NCBI GenBank assembly: GCA_048886685.1
Contig: JBHLKM010000003.1
Location: 32,001 to 96,000 of the forward strand
Direction: 5' to 3'
From: Candidatus Hodarchaeota archaeon
GTDB taxonomy: Archaea; Asgardarchaeota; Lokiarchaeia; Sigyniarchaeales; SOKP01
DNA length: 64,000 nucleotides
Of this stretch, positions 20,204 to 30,165 are shown one piece after another. The notes beneath the pieces were generated by a model that was not told where the DNA came from, did not search any database, and saw only the letters and a list, made by a program, of their open reading frames with translations. Each line of letters begins with the position of its first letter. Position 1 is the first letter of the stretch. A program made the position numbers and the translations under genes.

Positions 20204-21388
20204 TTAAACTAATATATATTTATCCAACGTCTTTATACATTTCTTAAATTTTTGGTAAATTACTACATCTAGAATCGGTAGTGTGTCATATATCATTTTT
20301 CTTAAATCCTTATTGTTAATCTTGCAAGAAGGTTTTATTCCTTTCAAAACTAAATATAATATAGGCACTCGAGGATTAGTTAGATGAACATTTTTATCCA
20401 AATATTTTAATGAAGATTTTAATTTATCAATTATAAATAATTCAATATCATTCTTATTTCTGATTTCAAAATTCAAGTAAACTGTTTCCCAAATATATTT
20501 CCGGTTTATTAAACGAAGGTTTTTCACTTTTTTTACAAATTCTACCCCTTTATTTGTAATTTCCACTAAAAAAATTCCTCGTTTAAATGAATTATCCATA
20601 GAACATACTGCTTCTGAAGATCCTGGATTAAAAATCCAATTATTAAGTATAAATTGCTTGTGAAAATGTCCCAGTGCTAAATAATTGACTCGATGCTTTA
20701 AGTGTTGAATTTCCTCTAGTTTGATTCCAGGAACATTTTCCATTTGACCTTCAATTCCAAAGTGCTGTAAAAGAATATTATAGAAACCATTTTCTTTTGA
20801 GATTGCCTTTCTCATTTTTAAAAGAAAAGAAATTGGTTTTTCCCCAAGGTAACGAGAGCCATAAACAACCACATTTTTGATTTGGATCTTACCACCCTTT
20901 TTTGATGTAAAATTATAAGCTTTGAACATATCTTCGGTTGGTGCTTCTAAATCAGCATCGAGGAGAATAATCAGTCCTAAACTGTTTAATAGTTTTAACC
21001 ATGATTGCCCTCGTCGTTCGAATCTCACACCTCTTGAAAACTTTCGAATATCGTGATTACCCTCTATCGCTATAATTAAAATTGAGTTTTGCGTATAATC
21101 TTTGAAATCTCTCAACATATTAACAATTTTAGTTAATTTTCCAGGTAAGATTTCTAAGGAAGTAAACACATCCCCTCCTAATATAATAAAATCAACACAG
21201 TGGATAATTGCTAATTCTAATATCTCCTGAAATGCCCGAATAAAATCATCGGATCTATAATCATTTCGGAATTGAGCAGCACCAAGGTGTATATCACTTG
21301 CATGAATAAATTTTACATTATTTTGGGACTCTTCCTTAGAGACGAGTTTTGTACGGTATTTAGCATTAAAGCAATTCTCAATAGTCAT
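20204..21388 (-). CDS. Mre11/SbcD-like DNA repair nuclease
   Basis: SDIHLG, GGDVF, GNHD, ALGHFH and PGS motifs. Confidence 0.85.
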   Translation of the reverse strand: MTIENCFNAKYRTKLVSKEESQNNVKFIHASDIHLGAAQFRNDYRSDDFIRAFQEILELAIIHCVDFIILGGDVFTSLEILPGKLTKIVNMLRDFKDYTQNSILIIAIEGNHDIRKFSRGVRFERRGQSWLKLLNSLGLIILLDADLEAPTEDMFKAYNFTSKKGGKIQIKNVVVYGSRYLGEKPISFLLKMRKAISKENGFYNILLQHFGIEGQMENVPGIKLEEIQHLKHRVNYLALGHFHKQFILNNWIFNPGSSEAVCSMDNSFKRGIFLVEITNKGVEFVKKVKNLRLINRKYIWETVYLNFEIRNKNDIELFIIDKLKSSLKYLDKNVHLTNPRVPILYLVLKGIKPSCKINNKDLRKMIYDTLPILDVVIYQKFKKCIKTLDKYILV

Positions 21389-21538
21389 AAATAATCCTAT
21401 AAATTTTCTTCGAGTAAATTATTATCAATACGATTAGCAGCCTTTTAAGTAATATAAGTCTAAAAAAGCAGTGAATAGAAAAAATTATTATTTCTTCTTG
21501 AATTATTTGACTTACTACACATATAATCTTAGGTGAAA

Positions 21539-22111
21539 ATGGAGTCTAAAGAACTAAACTACGAAATAGGTGTGATCCATGGACGTTTCCAAGTGTTGCA
21601 TAATGATCACATTAAGTATTTAATGGCAGGTAAAAAATTATGTAAATATATGATAGTTGGTATTACAAATCCTGATCCATCATTAACAAGAGATTCTGAT
21701 GCCAATCCCCATCGAAGCACTCCTCTTGCAAATCCATTAACATATTATGAACGCTATATAATGACACAGGCAGCTCTCCTTGAACAAGGGCTAAGCCTTA
21801 CAGAATTCTCTATTGTACCATTTCCTATAAACGTGCCAGATCTCATAAAGTATTATGTACCCTTAGACGCTATCTTCTTTCTAACAATATATGATAAGTG
21901 GGGTAAGCAAAAGAAAAAATATTTTCAATCTCTAGGATTAAAGATTCATGTACTCTGGGAAGTTCCTATAGAACAAAAGGGACTCAGCTCAAGTGATATA
22001 CGTGATTTAATGAGGAAAAGTGAAAAATGGGAGCACCTTGTGCCTATTAGTGTTGCAAAACTTATGAAGCAATGGAATATTGCTAAAAGACTAAAAGAAA
22101 TAAGTTCTTAA
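21539..22111 (+). CDS. Nicotinamide/nicotinate-nucleotide adenylyltransferase-like (cytidylyltransferase family)
   Basis: HGRFQ.LH.DH, NPLTYYER, S.S.IR and W..LVP motifs. ATG at 21539 follows AGGTG. Confidence 0.8.
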   Translation: MESKELNYEIGVIHGRFQVLHNDHIKYLMAGKKLCKYMIVGITNPDPSLTRDSDANPHRSTPLANPLTYYERYIMTQAALLEQGLSLTEFSIVPFPINVPDLIKYYVPLDAIFFLTIYDKWGKQKKKYFQSLGLKIHVLWEVPIEQKGLSSSDIRDLMRKSEKWEHLVPISVAKLMKQWNIAKRLKEISS

Positions 22112-22248
22112 TTATATTTTTTCATTTAGTTGAGTCTATTTATTAACAAAATCGGAATATTAAACCATTTAAATACGATTTTCAATAATTTTTAATATGA
22201 CTTCAACCATATAAGAATTAATTATTCTGTTTTTGGTGGGATAAAATC

Positions 22249-22974
22249 ATTTTATTTGAAAGTGATATAGGGAGAAAATTTATCGTCTACTTCCAAGGAT
22301 TTTTCATCTTTTATTTCTCCTTAATAACTTTTCAAGTATTAAAAAGAAGGAGGCAACGATTAAATATTATTTTTAGTGCTTTTTTTATATCCTCAACTAT
22401 GGCTAGTGTTTTAAATATAATTTACGCATCGTTAACTGAGCCATCAATTATTTTAATCCTTAATTATTTTACTAATTTTTGTATATGTTTCGCAGGAATA
22501 TTTGTTCTTGTAGTAAATTTGGTAATATTAGAATCAACAATAATTTTCTCTGTAAAAAAACAAAATAGAACCATTGTATTATATGGCCTCTTATTATTAA
22601 TCGGAATGCTACCATTTTACCTTTTGGAAGAGGGTTGGGGTGTCTGGATTGATAATAAATATAATTATCCTAGATTTTCTCCACTTTTTCTTGTTTTTAT
22701 AATTGGGTTCTCAGCTAGTTTTGCAGTTATTCCAATAATTTATACGTTTTTAAAAATTTACAAGAGTTTTGAAACGAAGGCATTGAAAAAGAAATGGGCT
22801 TTCTTTTTTGTCGGCTCCTTAGGGGCATTTAGTATACCATATACAATTTGGATTAATAATTATTATTCATTTTATAATGAAAATTTTAGACTGATCGTGG
22901 GCATTTATGCAATTTCAATGATTCTCTGGGGTTATTTGATGTATTATGGTATTGGTTTTAAGTTAAAGCGATAA
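22249..22974 (+). CDS. Seven-TM membrane protein (HisKA_7TM-like); frame extends upstream of track start 22399
   Basis: The frame is open from 22222 and encodes extra hydrophobic segments (IGRKFIVYFQGFF..., RRRQRLNIIFSAFF). No in-frame ATG/GTG/TTG there. Candidate ATT start at 22249. Confidence 0.6.
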   Translation: MLFESDIGRKFIVYFQGFFIFYFSLITFQVLKRRRQRLNIIFSAFFISSTMASVLNIIYASLTEPSIILILNYFTNFCICFAGIFVLVVNLVILESTIIFSVKKQNRTIVLYGLLLLIGMLPFYLLEEGWGVWIDNKYNYPRFSPLFLVFIIGFSASFAVIPIIYTFLKIYKSFETKALKKKWAFFFVGSLGAFSIPYTIWINNYYSFYNENFRLIVGIYAISMILWGYLMYYGIGFKLKR

Positions 22975-23168
22975 ATATCTCTACCAAATCTCTTTTTTTC
23001 TAAAAAAAAATGATTAGACGTCGTGTAACATCTAATTTCGCAATAATTTTGATAGTGTTTGTTTGCTTTATTTTCATCTTTTTCACGTGAAAATTTAGAA
23101 AATTTTATAAAGCCTTCTAGAGACTATTAATTAACCTTTTACAAAATGATCAAGGTGAGGAGATTAGG

Positions 23169-24272
23169 TTGGCAGTCATTAGTAAAAAAAATTTAATTCT
23201 CCAAGAAGAGGATATTTATTTTCAAAAATTTGTGTCTAAAAATGGAGATGAATATGGCCTAAGATTTGGAGTACCTAAAGATGCCAAAAACATTTCGATG
23301 ATATTCAAAGAAATATATGGATATAACTATCTTACTCCTTTAGTATATGATCTTGATCTTTTAAGAAGAGAATTATTAGATAAAAATAATTTTTGGTTTG
23401 TAGGCGAATCGCTAAACAACAATGAAATAGCAGGTACAGGCTTAATAAAGAAAAATAGATATATTGCACATGCAACCAAAGCGGTAACTAGAAAAAAATT
23501 TCAAGGTCTGGGAGTTACATCAAAAATAGGAGCGGCGGGCATTATTACAGTTACAAAAATGCCCCAGTTTAAAGATTGTTTAAGACTTAACATAGAAGTT
23601 CGAGGACCTCAAATCAGAGCCCAAAAACTTATTAAAAATGCTGGAGCAATCCCATTTGGTTTAGTCCCTGCTTACTATAACTATGGAGATAAGAGGGCTT
23701 TTAAAACTGAAAATAATACACCGTTTCCTCCAAATAGAGAAGAAGCGGCATTTCTTTATTCTTTAATCTTTAATACTCTGTGGAAAAAAAGAGATAAAGA
23801 AATATATCTTATAGATAATGAAGATTTCATCTTTTTTCATGATTATGTTAAAAGTCAAACTAGAAAGATGAATCAAGATGTCCTGACGTTTGAAAGAGGT
23901 AAAAAAGATAAAGGTTTTGAACTTTATGCCGTTTCAAAAGAATATCATGATGGAATTGTGAGTCTATACGGATCTGTTAAAGAAAAGTCTTTAAAGAACC
24001 TTATTAAGGTGTATAAAAATTGGAGGATTATTTTATGGCGAATCCCAACAACTCGAAATGGCGTACACTCAATGGCTCTTGCCCTCGAAAAAGGATTTAA
24101 TATGGTTGGATACGATGTAGGATTCAATAGTATGAGTCAGACGTTAAACGATTCTATAATATTAGCATACTATCCGAAAGGGGGGTCTAGCGCTTTTGAA
24201 GTAAACTATCTTGAGGAAAATAAACCACTTTTTAATAAAATTAGAGAAATATTTTACTCTCGGTTAAACTAA
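23169..24272 (+). CDS. GNAT-fold domain protein
   Basis: KKFQGLGV acetyl-CoA-binding-like motif. N-terminal LRFG...DA..I. Confidence 0.55.
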   Translation: MAVISKKNLILQEEDIYFQKFVSKNGDEYGLRFGVPKDAKNISMIFKEIYGYNYLTPLVYDLDLLRRELLDKNNFWFVGESLNNNEIAGTGLIKKNRYIAHATKAVTRKKFQGLGVTSKIGAAGIITVTKMPQFKDCLRLNIEVRGPQIRAQKLIKNAGAIPFGLVPAYYNYGDKRAFKTENNTPFPPNREEAAFLYSLIFNTLWKKRDKEIYLIDNEDFIFFHDYVKSQTRKMNQDVLTFERGKKDKGFELYAVSKEYHDGIVSLYGSVKEKSLKNLIKVYKNWRIILWRIPTTRNGVHSMALALEKGFNMVGYDVGFNSMSQTLNDSIILAYYPKGGSSAFEVNYLEENKPLFNKIREIFYSRLN

Positions 24273-24441
24273 TTAAGCACTTCTTTACTCATTATTTTAT
24301 ACATTAATATTATTGGAGTAAAGAATCTTTTAAGCAATTTATTTCTTTATCCATCTAATTCTGTAATAGTTATCTATCTCATTTTCAATAATTAATTCTC
24401 CTTGGGTCGTTATAATAATAGAGAATATCTTATATTATAGG

Positions 24442-24462
24442 ATAGGGACTAAGAGTCCCTAT
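24442..24462. terminator. Perfect hairpin between convergent genes
   Basis: ATAGGGACT-AAG-AGTCCCTAT, 9-bp stem. Confidence 0.35.
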
Positions 24463-24521
24463 TGATTCTGGAATTACGTCTCCTCTATAAACAATTCCAG
24501 TTATGTGACCATCTTTTATTA

Positions 24522-24977
24522 TTATTGAAGCAAAGAAATTACCTTTTCTTCTAAAGTTTGAGTGCCTGTTCCGAAGATTTTATCTATCGTCTTTTTAAAT
24601 GGTTCAAATTTGGAAACTTGAGTTACTTTACACCCATTATATTCTGAAATAAATTTATTAAGCAATCTATCCAATAAAGGTTTTATCGTTCTATCTAGAT
24701 ATTTTTCGAGTCGATCATCTTTATCTAATACCAAGAATGAGAGTATTTCCTGATTTTTCCCATAAAAATCTTGTATTATTCCTTTCTTAAAAACTATGGT
24801 ATATTTGCTACTTTCAAAGTACTCTATAGGTTGCATTAAGCATTCGGCAAATGTCAATAATCCACTCATTAAACCGCTTGAACATATTAAATCTGTATCT
24901 TCTTTACTCGCTCTATGATAACTAGCAAATATAACGGGAATTCCATTGAAGATAATACCGGCTTCTCGAATTAGCAT
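24522..24977 (-). CDS. Longin-like domain protein (copy 1)
   Basis: Pattern I...GII..GIP+...Y, DL..SGL+SG+..FA, IEYFES..Y.I.F, C-terminal F...Y....F..F...ID resembles Asgard longin domains. Confidence 0.65.
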   Translation of the reverse strand: MLIREAGIIFNGIPVIFASYHRASKEDTDLICSSGLMSGLLTFAECLMQPIEYFESSKYTIVFKKGIIQDFYGKNQEILSFLVLDKDDRLEKYLDRTIKPLLDRLLNKFISEYNGCKVTQVSKFEPFKKTIDKIFGTGTQTLEEKVISLLQ

Positions 24978-25458
24978 ATTAAGTCCAATAAGGGTTTAAA
25001 CCAAATCACTTAAAATTAATTTCCGAATTAAATGTACTTGTTAAGGATCGATACCAACCTTTTTAAATATTACCCCCTTAATAATATTCCGTATCGACAG
25101 AACAATAAATTTGGATAAGCTCGTAGATTTGTCGTTTCATTCAATCTATTTTATAAAGCCGTTTGAAACTTTTTTTTAAACCTTTATATATTGTCTGAAC
25201 ATTTAACCATATATAATTTAAGAATGTATGAACTAATTTTTTGCAAAAAGCAAGAATTTTGAAAGAATGTTATAGTATTCTGATTTTACTATTTTTACAA
25301 ATAATACACACAATATAAAAGACACAATCAGAATTAATATCAATAATGAATGATTATAATCATCATTATCTAAAGTATATTCAATCAATTATTATGATTT
25401 TTCTCAAAATCCTTCGGGCTATAAAAGATTTTTGGATTAATTATATGTAAACTTTCCA

Positions 25459-25914
25459 CTATTTAAGTAAAGAAGTTACCTTTTCTTCTAGAGTTTGGGT
25501 ATCTGTTCCGAAGATTTTATCTATAGTCTTTTTAAATGGCTCAAATTTGGCAACTTCAGTTACTTTACATCCAGTATATTGTGAAATGAATCTTTTAAGC
25601 AATTTATCTAAGATTGGCTTGATTGTCTTGTCCAAGTATTTTTCAAGTCGATCATCTCTATCCAATACTAAAAAAGAGAGAATTTCTCGGTTTTTCCCGT
25701 AAAAATCTTGCATCATTCCTTTCTTAAAAATTATCGTATATTTACTGCTTTCAAAATATTCTATGGGCTGCATTAAGCATTCGGCAAATGTCAGAATTCC
25801 AGTCATTAAACCGCTTGAACATATTAAATCTGTATCTTCCTTACTCGCTCTATGATAACTAGCAAATATAACAGGAATTCCATTGAAGATGATACCCGCT
25901 TCTCGAATTAACAT
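25459..25914 (-). CDS. Longin-like domain protein (copy 2)
   Basis: 132/151 aa identical to 24522-24977. Confidence 0.65.
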   Translation of the reverse strand: MLIREAGIIFNGIPVIFASYHRASKEDTDLICSSGLMTGILTFAECLMQPIEYFESSKYTIIFKKGMMQDFYGKNREILSFLVLDRDDRLEKYLDKTIKPILDKLLKRFISQYTGCKVTEVAKFEPFKKTIDKIFGTDTQTLEEKVTSLLK

Positions 25915-26119
25915 GTTAACTCCAATAAAGGTTTAAACCAAATCACGTTAAATATATATTCTTTATTACTGCTCTCTATACACATCAAAATTCACACTTT
26001 TAAATATTAGCCTATTAATAATACTGACAATGTGACAATTCAAATTAATTATGTCGAATTTATGTCGGTACCAGTATCTAGATGCAATATTCGTAGCTTA
26101 TTTAAAATAGAAAAAAAAA

Positions 26120-26362
26120 TTAAACTAAGAAAAACCATTCTTTTTGTTTTAAATCATCTTTTAATTCATTGGTTTCATGTAATTGCACCGTCGTGGATTT
26201 AAATAAATCCTCTAAAGCTTTTAAATCATAATTTAGACTAATGATATTGTTAAGGTTTGTTTTATACTGATTATCTAAGAGAATTATTTTGGAAAATAAA
26301 TCTAGATTAATTATTTTAATGTGTTCAGGGTGTTTAATACCTTTGTAAAAATTGACTTTCAT
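26120..26362 (-). CDS. Hypothetical protein
   Basis: 80-aa ORF only. Confidence 0.4.
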   Translation of the reverse strand: MKVNFYKGIKHPEHIKIINLDLFSKIILLDNQYKTNLNNIISLNYDLKALEDLFKSTTVQLHETNELKDDLKQKEWFFLV

Positions 26363-26517
26363 GTGGGAAATTACTTTAAAAGCGGATAATACCTACAAAA
26401 TATATTGTATTAAGTCTTAATAAAGATTCAAAAAAAATCCGTAGATTAATTAAAATGAATTTGTTTTTTGGATAAATTAACAAATAAAAAAAAGTAAAGT
26501 ATAGAAAAGTTAGAAGT

Positions 26518-27957
26518 CTATTTCTTTTTTCTTTTTGGTTCAATTTTCTTGATAATTATGCTCTCAGCATGGATTTTACAGTTCTTAAGGATTACTTTGA
26601 ATCCACCAGCGCCACCTACTCCAGGAATTGTCATACCAACAGTCCCCATTGGAACCATAGCACCTTCTTCTTCCCATTCTTCCTCTTCCTCTTCGACTCC
26701 TCCTATCGCAGCTTTGTATTCTTCAGTTTCTATAATCGGATGCTGAACTTTTTCTAACCATGCTGGTAATTCACTTAAATCGGCTACATCTTCTTCAGTT
26801 GCAATTTTATCCCTTATATCTTCTGGAAGAAGATCATTCACTCTATCTTTTACAGTTTTTCCCATCCATACGATTGTGTAAATCCCACCATCCAATCCAG
26901 AATTTATTCCATCAAATTTTTGATATTTAGGCGATACAATGTATTGTATGCTTATGCCATTAAAACCGGGCATTTGTTTTCCTCCCCCCGTCTGATTGGC
27001 CATTGCACTAAACGGTAATCCATTAATAGCAACTCCGTCATGATTTCGATCAATTATTCCATGACCTGCACCTGTTTCGGGAATTAAAAAGTCTATTGCT
27101 TCAAAGCAACCACAAGAGGTATGAGGATATTCCATTCCACTATAAAGATAAATTCTTTCGATTTCTCCAAGTGAGCGCTTTTTTATCATTTCATTAACTC
27201 CTGAAAATTCACCAGCTAATTCATTTAAACATTCACCCATAGGAACTTCGAATAGAGGGCCCTTTGGGTCAACTCTAGCTGCCGCTCTCGCGTCAAACCA
27301 TGAAATCGAACCACATAAACTCATACGATTAGGAGTAATACAACATGCATGCGTTGGAGCAAAAGATTGGCATAGAACGCAACCATAAAACATATCGACA
27401 TCTTCATCATTTATACTACGAGCTCTTTCATCTCTTTTATTGTATATTTCTAAGGCGAAATCATATGGTTCCTTTATTTTTTCGGGATCTGTATAGAAAG
27501 TTACCTGTGCTTTTTTAATAATTGGTAATTCGGCTTTATATAGTCTTATTAAGATGGTTCCAAGCATTTGGAGTGAATTAAATCCTTTTTCAAAAGCAGC
27601 TTTAGAAATACGCATCCAATTTGTATATCTTTGGTTTAGATGCATAATTCCGTTTACAAAATTACAAAATTCGTGAACCCTTCTTTCGAATACTGCTTCC
27701 AAATCTTCCTCAAGTTCAGGTCCAGAAACTTCTACTAAAATTCCGACTGGATAGCTTTTACCTTCCTCCATATCTTTAAGATCTGGGCCAATAAGGTTAA
27801 CCTTTCCATCTTCAATTTCTTTCGCTGTTTTAACTCGAACTAACTCGAAATGCTTCTCAATTTTAGGACCCCCAAGTTCCACATACATTTGATTTCCTCT
27901 AATACGTTCACCTTCGTAGACAGGACCAACATCTACAGGCATATCTGCAAAACTCAT
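26518..27957 (-). CDS. cdhC: Acetyl-CoA synthase (ACDS beta subunit)
   Basis: PVDVGP.YEGERIR, FYGC.LCQSFAP.H.C, CGSISW and HTSCGCFE A-cluster motifs. Confidence 0.97.
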   Translation of the reverse strand: MSFADMPVDVGPVYEGERIRGNQMYVELGGPKIEKHFELVRVKTAKEIEDGKVNLIGPDLKDMEEGKSYPVGILVEVSGPELEEDLEAVFERRVHEFCNFVNGIMHLNQRYTNWMRISKAAFEKGFNSLQMLGTILIRLYKAELPIIKKAQVTFYTDPEKIKEPYDFALEIYNKRDERARSINDEDVDMFYGCVLCQSFAPTHACCITPNRMSLCGSISWFDARAAARVDPKGPLFEVPMGECLNELAGEFSGVNEMIKKRSLGEIERIYLYSGMEYPHTSCGCFEAIDFLIPETGAGHGIIDRNHDGVAINGLPFSAMANQTGGGKQMPGFNGISIQYIVSPKYQKFDGINSGLDGGIYTIVWMGKTVKDRVNDLLPEDIRDKIATEEDVADLSELPAWLEKVQHPIIETEEYKAAIGGVEEEEEEWEEEGAMVPMGTVGMTIPGVGGAGGFKVILKNCKIHAESIIIKKIEPKRKKK

Positions 27958-28000
27958 TTCATAAATCTCCTATTTGCTTTTTTTTTTAATATTTTTTGTT

Positions 28001-28540
28001 TTATAGCTTTTCAATTAAACTTTCCAAAAATACTTTCCAATCATTATCGCTTAGATTAGGTAAGCTAAATCTGGCGTTAGGGTGTGCATATTTGTCTAAA
28101 TCAATAGTTTTAACCCAGTTCGTAAAGTTTTTGATGCGAGATAATGCTTGAGAGACATAAAATACTAGGTGACCACTGAATATGGCCATTGAATATTGTC
28201 CCTCTCCATCCAATCCACTCCAATCTTTATCACATAAGCGATCGGTGATATTAATTAGTGACATATCATACAATCTACCATCACTGATTTTATCCTTCAC
28301 ATAGCTATATGCATGACCAGTACTGACTACATGGCATTCAATTTTATTTGCGATATCTATTAAATAATCCGCTAGTTTTTTACCATCAAGCTCCCAATTT
28401 AAAGATTCTGCCCCAATGACAAAAACCTTTTTCATTGGATTTTTCAGAAAATTCGCCATTACAACAGGATTTGAAACAGAAGTGCCCATTTCAGGGCCTG
28501 GAATGTTTGCTTTTTGATACGGACGTGCCATTTTTCTCAA
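28001..28540 (-). CDS. cdhB: CO dehydrogenase epsilon subunit
   Basis: PYQKANIPGP, L.D.DW.GLDG.GQY and HPNA.FS.PNL motifs. Directly upstream of cdhC. Confidence 0.9.
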   Translation of the reverse strand: MRKMARPYQKANIPGPEMGTSVSNPVVMANFLKNPMKKVFVIGAESLNWELDGKKLADYLIDIANKIECHVVSTGHAYSYVKDKISDGRLYDMSLINITDRLCDKDWSGLDGEGQYSMAIFSGHLVFYVSQALSRIKNFTNWVKTIDLDKYAHPNARFSLPNLSDNDWKVFLESLIEKL

Positions 28541-28697
28541 TTTCCTCTGTTATTATTTTTAGCTATAAGTTGTAAAATAATTGTTTTGATTAGTTATATT
28601 TAGAATTATTAAAGACAATTTAAAAAAATTGTTTTTATTAAATTTAATCAAAAAAAGATGAAGAGACAGATATTTGAAGAAAAAGTAAGAAAAAAAA

Positions 28698-30122
28698 TTA
28701 TTCAAATTTTGGTTTTTTATCTTGCCATGGAGCAATCTCTTCAAATGCTTTTGAAACTTGTAGTATTAACAATTCTTCAAATCTTTTGCCAATAATCTGC
28801 ATCCCAATCGGGAGATCTGTCTTCTTTGTCCTACCACAGGGAATGGTAGCGGCAGGGTGTCCAGTAAAATTGAATGGGAAAGTAAATGGTTGCCAACCTG
28901 TTGGGCCAACCCTTTTTCCATTTATTTCTGTCGGTACGGGAATTCCTAATTCAAAAGCTGGAATCGCTGTAGTTGGAGTGACAAGAATATCAAAATTTTT
29001 AAAAGTTTCAGATATCACTTGATAAAATTCTTCGCGAATTTGCATAGCATTGATGAAATTTTTAATCCGGAATCGCAATCCCGTCTGAGCCCAAAGAACT
29101 AATGTAGGATCCATTTTTTCTTTCCAATCCTTTAAATAAGGACCCAGACCGTACCCGTAATCTATGACCCAATGGGAACCAAAAGCTAACGATGGATCTA
29201 GCTCTTTAAATTTCGCTTCTTCGAGTTCCCACCCAAAAGAATCAAATTTTTGAACTGAATTAACAATAGCTTTTTCCACCTCGCTATCAACAACTTTAGC
29301 GTATCCTAAATCTAAGCTATAACCAATTTTTAATTTATTAGGTTTTTCGTTTATATGCTCAGAATACTTTATATTATCTTTTGGTAAAGAATATCTATCT
29401 CCCTCGAATGGTCCCTTCATGACATCTAACATCAGTGCGGCATCTGAAACATATCTTACAATAGGACCTATTACAGATAGAGTTTGGATAATATCGGATT
29501 TTTTTCTTGGATAAATAGGGACTCTCCCAAAGCTTGGCTTAATACCGTATGCTCCGCAGAAACCCGCAGGATGCCGAATCGATCCACCTCCATCAGAACC
29601 TTGGGCTAAGGGACCCATTCCACAAACTACTGAAACTGCTGCGCCTCCACTTGACCCTCCTGATGTTCTTTCGAGATTCCAGGGATTCTTAGTTGCTCCA
29701 AAAATAAAATTATCTGTAACCCCTTTAAATCCAAATTCTGGAGTATTAGTTTTTCCTAGGATAACACAGCCAGCATCTTTCAAACGCTTTACACAAATAC
29801 TATCCTCTTCAGGAATATAATTTTCAAATATTTTAGAACCAAATGTAGTTCTCACTCCTTTAAGAAGTACTAAATCTTTTATGGAAGTGGGAATCCCATT
29901 TAAAGCTGGTTGTTTTTCATTTTTCTTAACTTTCTCATCTGCTTTTTGAGCCATTTCCCTTGCCATTTCAAAAGTAGGAGTGCAATAAGCATTAACAATC
30001 GGATTGATTTTCTCAATCCTTTCAATAATAGCTTCAGTAATTTCTTGTGAGGTTATTTCTTGAGATTTTATCTTTTCCAGCATATCACAAGCAGACATAA
30101 AACAAATCTCTTCTTTATTCAA
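28698..30122 (-). CDS. Amidase signature family protein
   Basis: IKD, GKTNTPEFG, GGSSGG and GSDGGGSIR. Confidence 0.95.
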   Translation of the reverse strand: MNKEEICFMSACDMLEKIKSQEITSQEITEAIIERIEKINPIVNAYCTPTFEMAREMAQKADEKVKKNEKQPALNGIPTSIKDLVLLKGVRTTFGSKIFENYIPEEDSICVKRLKDAGCVILGKTNTPEFGFKGVTDNFIFGATKNPWNLERTSGGSSGGAAVSVVCGMGPLAQGSDGGGSIRHPAGFCGAYGIKPSFGRVPIYPRKKSDIIQTLSVIGPIVRYVSDAALMLDVMKGPFEGDRYSLPKDNIKYSEHINEKPNKLKIGYSLDLGYAKVVDSEVEKAIVNSVQKFDSFGWELEEAKFKELDPSLAFGSHWVIDYGYGLGPYLKDWKEKMDPTLVLWAQTGLRFRIKNFINAMQIREEFYQVISETFKNFDILVTPTTAIPAFELGIPVPTEINGKRVGPTGWQPFTFPFNFTGHPAATIPCGRTKKTDLPIGMQIIGKRFEELLILQVSKAFEEIAPWQDKKPKFE

Positions 30123-30165
30123 AATTTCATCCTCTCAAATTTGATGATAGTTCTTATATTTTTTA

